Source: Calcarisporiella thermophila CBS 279.70 (Eukaryota; Fungi; Calcarisporiellomycota). Taken from it: a DNA stretch of 64,000 bases. A program made the translations under genes and the position numbers. Under the pieces are notes generated by a model that was not told where the DNA came from, ran no database searches, and saw only the letters and a program-made list of their open reading frames with translations. This document shows positions 53,853-64,000 of the stretch, one piece after another. Within the stretch, counting starts at the first letter, position 1, and every line of letters starts with the position of its first letter. The stretch is taken from the NCBI RefSeq assembly GCF_041956535.1, contig NW_027192201.1, forward strand, positions 486,206 through 550,205, written 5' to 3'.

Positions 53853-56800
53853 TCAACAACCATTGGAGCCGAAGCTATCGATGATATGCATGACATGCTT
53901 GTACAGTTGGTTCATGGCCCTCTCCTCGGCGAGGCATCTCTGTAGGGAGTCGCCGCCTTCCGGTGCGAATGGAAAGTAGAGTTTGATGAAATTCTCTTGA
54001 TCGTTGGGTAGCGACGAGAACCCGAGGACGCTCGATCCTTGCTTCGCTGCAAGACTCTCCTCCACCACTAGGATGCTGTGTGTTTATGTAATCGGGAAAT
54101 TTATTTTTCAGCGGTGGGGAGACATTATTTATGGCAATGTCAATGCATTGGTATTCCTAAATTCCCATCAAACAAAAAAAATTCACCCGGAATTTACCTC
54201 ACAAGCGCGTCCTCGATTGTTGCGACAGATCGAAGACAGAGCTAAAGAGAATAGATAATTTTAAGTCCATAAGAAAATTTAGGGGAATTAAAATATAATT
54301 GTTGGCTACTTTTGCATGGGCTTCTGCTATCTGTAACAATGTCTATATAGAGCAATAGAACTTTAATATGAATCTTAATCGAACTCCGCAGTGGATATTT
54401 CTAAAGAACCTTCATTATTGTGAACGAGGATTCACTACTTTGCTGCGCTACCAATTTTTCCTTCATTCGTCTCAACACTAGAAAATAGTCGCCGAGTAGT
54501 TTTTTACAATCCTCAGAGAGCCTTTATAAATGTCTTTGTCAGGTTACTATGGACTAGTCATTGCTCTTGGCAGTTGGACTCACCTCACGCGAATGGCAGA
54601 GGCGATTTGTATAAACTAGTATTTCGAGTGTATAAGTTGATCTATTTATAGTAAAAAAAAAACGGGAAGAAAGTGCCTTAGCCATATCATCAGCATCCGG
54701 CCGGCTTCTTTTCCTTTTGGGTTTATTCATGGCAAACTCTAATGTGCTTTTGACAAGTGCCAAGTCGATTAGGCTCTCTGCCGACTCTTTTACGTGGATA
54801 ATGATGTCGAATTGGCTCAAGTCTATGGGTTAGATGATTATATTTAAACGGGTACGCAGAAACTACTCACTCGATTTGTGATAGAATCTCGGTTCGACAC
54901 AAAGTCTATTTTGTTAGAGAATTTAGCCCAAAGGTATTTTGAAAGGGTCACCGAGTTACTGTGTATATATCACCTCAACCGTTTCACTGCTATCAATAGG
55001 AAAGCGACTTTCGCCTAATCTATGGTGAGAAGCATGGGGAGCCCTCAATACGCAATGGGCCCAACAAGTCATCCCGCCCCTCCATTTAATCGTGTGGTCC
55101 TCTTTTTGTATCGAAATGCGCTCTGGTGTGGATATAGCTGATGGAATAGAGAGGTCAAGTCAGCTAATATATATTTAGCATCCGGTTTAGCGCTAGATAA
55201 CCATTGAATAGTCTGGACAGCTGTTTTTTATTCAGACTGTCCAGTCGAGCCAAGAGAACGCTTTGAGTGGCGTCAACTAGAATCCCTCCTAAAAAGAAGA
55301 TTACGTGCGGATATGGTTAAAAACCTCGCTTGAATTGTAAAAAGCTAAGCTACCGTCAATATAAGAATCATTCCATTCGGTGGAATCATTAATGGTATAA
55401 AAAGGAAGTTCCGCTACTTTCTTTGTTTTCCCCCCCTTTATATTCATACACTCTTTTGCGGCTAACGAGAGTTCAGCCGATCTATTGCATAATAGTTTGA
55501 TGTCGCTCAAGTTATTTCAGTAAGTAGAGTTGTACCTCCGTAAACTCGAGGCGAACTTCATTAACCGATAGGGCACTGGGTTATCATTTTCGGAGAATAT
55601 TGCCACATGGAGGCCATGCTTCCCGTCATCGTCGCCAACCGTCACCAAGCTATACTACTATATTTAATAATTTAGATACGAAAGATTTGCATTTTTCTAC
55701 CTTAGTAAAAGCGACAATTTGCACTTCCGATAAATGTTCGAGGGCACAATATTGTCTATCCACGTTAGAAATATAAATAGGCTCTCCATACATATAGGTT
55801 CGACTGTGAGGTTACCAGCAAACAGATCCACTAATCTCTGCGTCAATGACCACCCCGAGATCTCCTCTATTATGCATAGATCATATAAGCGAAAACATTA
55901 CAATAGGATAAATTGAATTTCCGAGTGCCTTGGAAGAGAGAAAATATATCAGCAGACAGCTCCATACGGAGAGCATTGTGTATCGTTATTATGTCTTCTT
56001 GGAAAATGGGAAGAAAGTAGGAGTTCTGTAACAGACAAAGGTTGGATAAGCGCTTATATTATACGTTATAGCCGGAGGCGATTTACTTTGTCAATCCTTT
56101 TTAGGGAGTTCACTTGCAGATGGAAACCCGAATCGTAGAAACCAGCTGAGAATGACGGCCACCCATTTTCTCTATCATAAGGAATATGGCGATCTAAAGT
56201 GGCTATCAAATGGACGTCATCACCCATCTGAGCACTATTGACCAGGTCGTCTGCAGTTTAAAGAATTCTATTTTAATATATGCAATTCGAAAGCAATATA
56301 GATTCTAATAAATCGAAACCTTTAACGACTGCGTAGATCGTGCTCTGATATATTCTGCGGTGGCCCGGAAGAGATCCCATCGAGTCATCAGTCATCCGGA
56401 TGCGTATTAGTTGTTCGTCTTATGTAACCCAATATTCCTTATTCTGTAAGTGCCTATCTTTTTGTTATGCATAAACTCGTGCACTCACAGCAATATATCC
56501 TATCCACCAATAGTTCCACCATAGTGTCCTCACAATGGCTACATTTTAGATCTATGTCAAGCAAACACGCACTATTTTGTAGCATAAGTATGCTTTAGAG
56601 GGGATGGTGCAATACTCAAGGATGGAGGCGTCATATAAACCTCGTGCTTATCTTTGCAAATTCGCCCTTCTCTGTTCGTTTAATTACACGCGCGGTTCTC
56701 ACGAGAGGGCGTATATTAAGGTAATTATGGCACCGACATTTTGGATTCTCGCAACGATACGTCTTACTGTATCTGCAAATTTATCGACACTTCAAGCCAA

Positions 56801-57842
56801 TCAATTAGTGAATAAATCTATCGTCTAATACATTTTTTTAGTTGGAAGCCAGGCCGTTATTAATTTTCCTCGCACCGAGATAAGACCGCTATAGCTGCGC
56901 GTATCTGATGAAAACATAGTGCCTAACCTGGGGGTCCTAGAGGACAAGTAAGCCACCAAGTTATACACTAGGGTAATCTAAAAAAAAAAGATACAAATAT
57001 CTTACCAGAGTGCAGGGAATTGCGTGAATCTTATACTCACTCGGACATGTTCTTCGAATAGCCTCGTCCCTGGATCTAGCATTGATTGTAATATGTGCCG
57101 TGTTGCCAGATGGAACTCTTCTTCCAGGTGGTTTCGGAAATCGTATACTAGTGCATCATGCGCAAGTCCAACTTTAAGAGATAATGTCGGTTATATGAAA
57201 CTCTAATATCTTTGACCTATTGCTCGTTACCATCAAAATCAACAAGTTCAAGGGGATCTATCTCGAGGTGGACGTGATAGTGGGGGTAATTAGATCGCCT
57301 CCGTCGCTATAAAGCGCATATAGGGAAACAAATAAGGGGACATTGATAGAGAGTATATAATTATCAAAAACACCAAAAAAAAATTGCCCTGAATAAAGAA
57401 TTGGATACCATCTCTTTCAGCGCAGTTTCTTTGGTATGCAAAAGGTCTTGCATATGAAATGTATAGATGTCTAATCATCTCAGGAAAGACAGAAATTTAG
57501 GTGACTAAGGCACATATATGCGCAATAACTATACTGACAGCATGCTACTTTCTCAATTCTGAATAGTCCGTCTTTTTCAACTGGTGAGTGTTTCGTGTAT
57601 GTTCCATAGAGTTGAACTTGGTCATAAAGTAACAAGGACTGGTTGTGGCCATCCCTTGGGCTAGGCTCAGAAATACTTTTGTATGCAAAAGTATTTCTGA
57701 ATCTGGCCATTGCTTCAATACTCGCCTCTGCTTTCTGCGTGCAAGTAAGTGGCGGCGGGCGAAAGGGTGGCAGGGTAATGGGTGGGGGAGGCGTTAGAGG
57801 TGAACACGAGTTGTCTGAGAGGATAGTTTCAGCTGGAACCAT
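53853..57842 (-). CDS. MCMDC2: MCMDC2-like catalytically degenerate MCM-family protein, many short exons
   Basis: Hand-spliced blocks: LEIDPLELVDFD, VSIRFTQFP, zinc finger YRCENPKC...CSHC, DDLVNSAQMGDDV, NIVPSNIYRKCKLSLLL|SLV, RLMKFA, LSQFDII, LLQIAEAHAK|LCLRSVATIEDALVS|ILVVEESL. No Walker A lysine motif. The 5' boundary is uncertain. Confidence 0.75.
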
Positions 57843-58114
57843 TTTTCAAAACGCCAGGAAACTGAGGAGAAATTGTGAAAAAGTTTAATCTCGAGCCAGT
57901 TTTAATTCCACGATAAGCTACGAAAGTATTCGAATTTATTCAATTTATATGTTTAGCTACCTTACGATTCAATATTGATTTTATAGTATGAACACGATCA
58001 AAAGGTAAAAATTATTACACGATGTTCAATTCGCAATACATCAAGTATACACAATGCTCAATATTTTAGTAAAGAAAAAAAAAGAAACGCCGTTGCATTG
58101 GATAGTCCACTGAT

Positions 58115-58367
58115 TTACTTGCAGCCTGCGTTGCATGCGCATGAATCCCGAGAACATGTGCACTTTGAGGGATCACCATGGCAGTTGCAGGTGGTGGTCT
58201 TTTTGCCGGCGCATGTCTGGCAGTTGCATGCGGTTCCGCACTATTTCATGCTGATTGTCAGCTCCATAATTAAGCATGGAAAGCATTTCGATTTCACTCA
58301 CCTTGCAGGTATCCCTGCTAGTGCAATCGCACTGGTTAGCATTTCCGGTAGCGCAAGGGCAAGGCAT
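58115..58367 (-). CDS. Metallothionein, 63 aa, 16 Cys (exons 58367-58302, 58240-58115)
   Basis: MPCPCATGNANQCDCTSRDTCK|CGTACNCQTCAGKKTTTCNCHGDPSKCTCSRDSCACNAGCK*. CxC repeats, no aromatic residues, (TA)n TATA tract at ~58460-58472. Confidence 0.9.
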
Positions 58368-59061
58368 GATTAATGGTGCAATCTCGGGTTAGAAGAAAGT
58401 GAGTGAGTAGAACAGAGAAGATATTGGTGAAAGAGAAAGTGAGAGCGTTGGAAACGCCCTATATATATATATTTAGTTTGAGAGTTTTTTGCCTCAAAAA
58501 CCTCCATAAACATTCACGGGCAATTTAATTTTCATAATTTTCCTCACAATTCTTGGGACATTCATGAATTAGGCAACTCGCCCGCCCCGGCTTTACGTTT
58601 TAGATTCTCGCGAAAATTCATTACCTCGATTCTTGACTGTTTTTCGTGGTTTGCCCAGTTAGTGGTGATTCTAGGATTACGAAAGCTGTTATTCATGCTG
58701 CATCCCAAAGGCGTATCTATCGAGATTCTTCTGGCATTTTAATAGAATACGGCAGAAGGATTATGAGCTTTTCTCAAATATATCATTTCGATGCCAGAGT
58801 TTTTCTCTTTGATCGGAGAGCTTAGTCTCGTTTACTCATGGGCTTCCAGCCATGAGATCGAGCAGTATTGGGGTTGTATCGGCTCGGATCTTCAGTGGCA
58901 AAATATGCTCAATGCATAGCAAACTTTGTGCGAACCGATGGGTCTTGCTCCGCGGCTGGCCATCGAAATTCGAGTAGAATTATTGAAGCGATTGTCAATA
59001 CACAGAGATTAAATGGAAAACAAAAAATAAAATAAATACAAGCGGAATTAGAGTATACTAT

Positions 59062-62000
59062 TTATATATCACGAGTTGTTTCCACAAAGCGGTCGCCACC
59101 CCTCTTCACCCACTTCTCTAGTAGCCAGTTCATGTCCTGAATTACAAAAGAGCACACCATAGACGTAACGTCCATGAACCGTTGTATATGAGCTATAATA
59201 TCTTTGACGAGTGCAGTGCTCTCTGTCCCCGAACTCCCAGTGGAAGACTCGGGGCTCAATGACTTTGTCAGGGTGATATCTGGAGGGGATGGCTTGCTCT
59301 TGGAAGGTGAAGAAGGGAGAGAAGCGTTGGAAGAAGTAGCAAGAGCAGTACACTCTTGAAGCCAGTTTTCAAGGAAATATGCAGAACGAAGCAGGCGTAT
59401 GACAGCATCAATGTAGCGGGCACTGGCATCTTCTGAACCTTTTCCCACGGAGGAGACACGCTCCATGGATCTTTCCATAGAGCGTGTCAACCTTGAGCCC
59501 AGAGATATAAGAGAGGAGGACTGTTCAATCAAAGCAGATGTTACAATGGGATAAACCGATTTGGGGATGCTATATTAACACTCACTGGTAATTTAGAGGC
59601 AACCGTATAGGGGTGGGGTTTGGGAGTGTTTGGGGATCCATTAGGCGTCGATATGTTAGTGGGCGGCTGAGGAGGGGACTGAGCTTCCTTCAGGCCGATC
59701 TTTCTCACCAGCAGAGCTTGAACCACTTCTAGAGTGGGTATGACCTCTTCCAATTTCTAATTTTCCAGCCCTATTGGCATTAGTCTCTGGTAAGAGATGC
59801 TTCTACAATGGGCGCTTTTTACCTTCAATGTGGCCTTGCTATCTTTCAGAGGCTCCCACGTGCCGAGCGGGTCGAGAGTAGCAGAGAGTGTTTCGCACAC
59901 ATGTATTTTGTTTTCAATGTTGGGCAGGCGCACTTCTCTTTGAAGCCTATAAAAAGGAAAAGATTTAGTTTATCCAAGGAAACTCTACGCTGTTGAAAAT
60001 TACCAGATGCTTCGCGGTACGAAAAGTCGATTCGTCAGAAAAGCACCGGAGGTCATGCTATTTTCCAAAGTTCGCATCAGCCAGAACGACCTTTCGAGGG
60101 GGTTCGAGGGCGGTGGCAAATGGGCCTTCTTCTTCATCATTACAAACTTTGGGAAAAGGTTAACCAACCTCGACCAATACAAATATGGCACTTTTTATCT
60201 TACGTCATTTTCAATTAAATGAATGCCCAAACTAGCTTGGGTGGCATATCCGTCTGCATTTGCCAGTAGAGTCCCCGTGCGCGAAGGCACATTTCCAGAG
60301 AGGGATTTTCCATCGGGAGAGGGCGGGGAAGCAGCACTGTAGCTATTCGCGTCGGTGTGGCCATCTTTGTCTACGTACGGTAATGATTCTATCGAGTGAT
60401 GGGGGTTGGTTCGTAAAGATCGCACACTATGCAATGGGGGAGACCTCAGCAAGCTTTTTATCATGTCACTACCGGCCAGAGTATTTTCATGTGCAAAGTC
60501 GCGGGAAGGTATTTGTGAAGCCAATATTCCCTCGGGTAAACTCTCGGTGGAGCCATTGTTCCGTTTGAAGAAGGGCGTCTTTATCGAGAAAGAAGGGTTG
60601 CGCAGCCTCTCCTCTTTTATCGGCCGTTGCTCTTGGATACTTCGCACCGAAGTAGAAGAGGATGAGCGCCAAAGAGTCTTTAGTTTGGTTCTGTTCTGAA
60701 TCTGCTTCTCTTGTTCAGTGTCCGACGAGGTGCATAGCGGATCGCGGAAGAGTCGGTCGCGCATTAAGACTGTCTTGAGCGAGCCAAGGGGCACCTGCTG
60801 CGTGTTGTCTAAACAGTCCTCTGAATGGGCCGATTCGGTCCGGCTTGCCAGGACAAGGGCCTCGTTGCCGACCACCACGCTCTCGGCAGCTATGTCATGT
60901 TTCTTCTTGAGGCCAAAGGAGAGTGCACGACGAGGCTCAGAATTGCGCTTAGATGGACCTCGTGGGGAAGCCTCGTGATGTAGCAGGCTAGCTGCCTGCA
61001 TGGGACCTTTGGAGGAGAGAAGAGAGGTAAACCCTTTTAGCGAAAGTCTGCGATCGCGCGTTCCAGAGTTTCTCCTCCCGAGTGAAGGAAAGGACGATTT
61101 ATTCTGGGGGGTCTTGCCCATTGTATTCTCGGGCAACATGTTCGAAGACCTAGCATTTGAAGTCGTGCTGGTGGTTAAATCGTTTGCGGCTTCGTTCACC
61201 GCACAAGGCTGGATCAGCGTACTGTGTTTTTGCTTCCGCTCTGAAAGATATCGAACCCGTTGCGTATAGAGTTCATGCTATACCATCAAGCAGTTTAGTT
61301 GGATGCTAATAGAATAGAATTCGGTAGACCAATCTTACAATATGCATGAGCTTTGGCTTATCGGATGCAGGACAAGGTCCTGCGAGTGCTTGATCCAGCA
61401 GATCGACCGCGTCTTGATAAGCACATAATGCCGCATCGTAGTTGTTTTCCGCGTCAAAAGCAACGGCTTGCCGCGCCTTCTCGCGAGCAGCCGAGACCAT
61501 GAGGTTCGAGGCAGAGGGACTTGTCGGGGTAAGTTTGCAATTCAGTGGTGACGGCTTGCAGTCGAATTTAGTCGCAGCGCTCGAGAGGGTCTTGTCAGGC
61601 GATGGCGGATTCCCCTTCTCTGTTAATATAGGACGCTCTTCGGCATCACGATCCAATGTGGATGAGCGGGTATTCACTGAGGAAATGTTGCAAAGGGCGG
61701 TGCCTAGAGCTGCGTCATCTATAGCTGGTTCTCCCGGGGGAACAGAAATTGCTTTCTGTGATCCCGGGTCAATGTATAGGCGAGAGAGGTATAATAGCCG
61801 CTGCTTGTATGATTCTTGCTAAAGATTGGGAAGTAGAGTGAGTCTATGCAACGGGATGATCTTACAACACCACGGAGGCTTACAATCTGCTGGAGCCGCT
61901 TCACGTCGCTCACAGAGGATGACTCGAATATCCTTGCGAGCAGCTGAATTGCCTCCTGGTAAGAATCGATGGCGGCCGTGACGTTGTGCTCGTTGTCGAG

Positions 62001-62150
62001 CATCACAGCCTGACGCGCTTTCTCAAGCGCCACGGCCAGCTGGCGATTCTTGCTTAAGGATTTCCAGGTGTGAGTTCGCGGCGGGGAGCCCGCGGCGTCG
62101 GCGGCCTTTGGGAACAAGGAGGAAAACACCAAGGGGTCTCTCTCGCCCAT
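59062..62150 (-). CDS. Tandem MIT-domain protein with long disordered linker and conserved fungal C-terminal domain, multi-exon
   Basis: Two MIT-like helix sets (EKARQAVMLDN...Y.EAI.LL and EKARQAVAFDA...Y.DAV.LL). C-terminal PPPSNPLERSFWLMRTLENSMTSGAFLTNRLFVPRSIW. Confidence 0.8.
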
Positions 62151-63473
62151 TGTCGTGTCCTTCAGTCGGCGGGATTGCTAAGTGGAGGCGGTTAATTCGC
62201 AAATGCAGACCGCGCAGGGAACGGCAATGTCAAATAAAAGAGGGTTTCAGGTGCAAGAGAGGGGGTCGCTAAGCCTATTTGCTATGTATCGAAGAGACGA
62301 TCGTAAATTTGCGTTTCAGAACCTAATTTTTTTTTGTGGCTCTCCCATGCGAGGCAAGTGTGTCCACAGGCGGGAACAGACACACGCACAAAGCTGTCCC
62401 TTGCTTGCCCAAAGCTCCCATGGCACCGCCCGTGGCCTTCCCTCGGCCCTCCAACCTGCTCAGCCTGGCCGCGGGGCGCCGCCCGGCCGGCTCGCCGCTG
62501 CAGCGAGCTGGCGTTGAAATCCGCCGTAATTTCGATCCAATTTTCCCGTTTTCAAAGTCATCCCCTAATGGCCTGCCCGCGGCGGTGATTTATGCACCCG
62601 GGCCCTCTCAGCTGGGCAGGCTTCGATATGGTAATATCAAACCCACCCGTGCCAGAAACTGAATATCAGCTTATAAAGTAACTGCTCGGAGGGCCGTGGG
62701 CGGCCGCCATGACGACATAGGCTCCGTGCCGCGGCCGCACAAAAGAAGCACTGCGAAATGTGCATAGTTGTGGGCGACGAAGATCGAGCTCCATCCCCGC
62801 GCTCATTCGTCTACGCAGCCTTATGTCATCCGCCATTGTTCTGTGGACTGAGACTGGTAGAGCTTGGCTTTAGGTGCCCAGGAGCATGGCCTGTAGCCGG
62901 AAGGAGGGCCTTCCTGCGGCACGGCCCTTGAAAGGCCACTGAGAATGCATCGGCCCGGGAAAGAGTTAAGCTTTGCGGGGACAGCTGCACAGTCTGATCA
63001 AGAAAAGCGGGAGCGTCGGCAAAACCTGTCAGATCAACGAGGGACTGTGCGATGTGTTTAGGGAAAAAAAAAAAAATAGCTGCAGGCCACCGTCGGAATA
63101 TGAACCAGAATTTAATCTATTGTTTTTCTAGATGCACAATTTCTGGCGTAGTTTATATTAGCATGTGCTAACACAACGACGAGCCGTGGATTTCTTCTGT
63201 TTCTCCTTGCAAGCATTTCTATATGGCCGCCCATTTCCGCTCATTTTTTTTTTTTTTAAATCTGGACCCAAGGATCCCGCTGTCTTTGAGGACCAACATT
63301 TCCAGCCATGTATGGTACAATATGATTTATATAAAATTGGAAACCCTTGGAGCTAATACAACAAATCTGGTTGTTTCTAAGAATCGAGTGGAACCATGGG
63401 AATCATAGGAAACAAAGCTACCCCTCCTCCTAAATATTCGCGGTGTATTTTTAGTTCTTCATGCGTTGGGCCG

Positions 63474-64000
63474 CTAATGCTCGCTAGATTTTCGTTCCTG
63501 GGTTTCATCATCGTGCGCACGGTTGTAGTCCTCCTCTTCCTCCTCGCTGTCCCCAACATCAAAGTGTCTATCAGCCGCAAAGAGCGCGGGCGACTCTGCC
63601 ACCAGCTCATCCAGCTCATTGTCATCTTCGCTTCTTAGCGCCGCGAAACGGGCTTTCGCATTTTCTCGGTTGCGGCGATACCATAGAAATCCCGCTAAGC
63701 CAACAAGGCCGCCCACCACTAATAGCGCAACGACGCCAGTCGCCGCATAGTAGTGATTCCATTTACCAGAGCCAAGGCCCGTGGGGTCCTCCCAGCCAAA
63801 AGGAGCCTACACATTGAAAATTAAAAGGGCATAAGCAATCCCAATTCAACAACGCTTCCAAGTAGAACGCACCCCAGAGGTGCCCACCCAGGAAGGCACT
63901 TCTGCAATACTCTTGTCACCCAAACCCATGAACCGATTCACCATGTCAAGCTCAGGTAAAGGTTGATCGTAACCCACGGCATGGGACGCCTGACTCACGA
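63474..64000 (-). CDS. KEX1: 3' part of Kex1-like serine carboxypeptidase (S10), truncated by the window edge
   Basis: Catalytic His motif ASHAVGYDQP...DMVNRFMG, then a TM helix and acidic cytosolic tail (ELDEL, FDVGDSEEEEE). Confidence 0.8.

Overview
Eukaryotic, intron-rich genomic DNA with GT-AG introns mostly ~55-100 nt and CTAAC/CTAAT branch points. Gene content suggests an early-diverging (non-Dikarya, Mucoromycota/Zoopagomycota-like) fungus; this is an inference. About 25 protein-coding genes can be reconstructed by hand-splicing: Opi1-like TF, SRP receptor beta, importin Kap123, Snt1/NCoR-like SANT protein, subtilisin, PKA catalytic subunit, bHLH TF, Na+/K+-type (P2C) ATPase, PIG3-like quinone oxidoreductase, PQ-loop transporter, MARVEL-like protein, PUF protein, Ecl1-like protein, Rho-GDI, Gcn4/CpcA-like bZIP, small cupin, NIPA Mg transporter, Vma16, Thi4, an MCMDC2-like gene, a metallothionein, a tandem-MIT protein and the 3' end of Kex1. 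An AT-rich accessory island at ~40.0-47.4 kb holds a truncated ankyrin gene, an orphan membrane-protein gene split across two frames (repairable by a 23-nt GT-AG intron), short dispersed repeats, and a 405-bp TIR element flanked by a 57-bp direct duplication. Top leads: the P2C ATPase with a rewired ion-binding site (PEGL to PQGL), the MCMDC2-like meiotic gene that the ORF track fragments, the uORF/TGACTCA control leader of the bZIP gene, and the island. All family calls come from motif recognition, not database searches.
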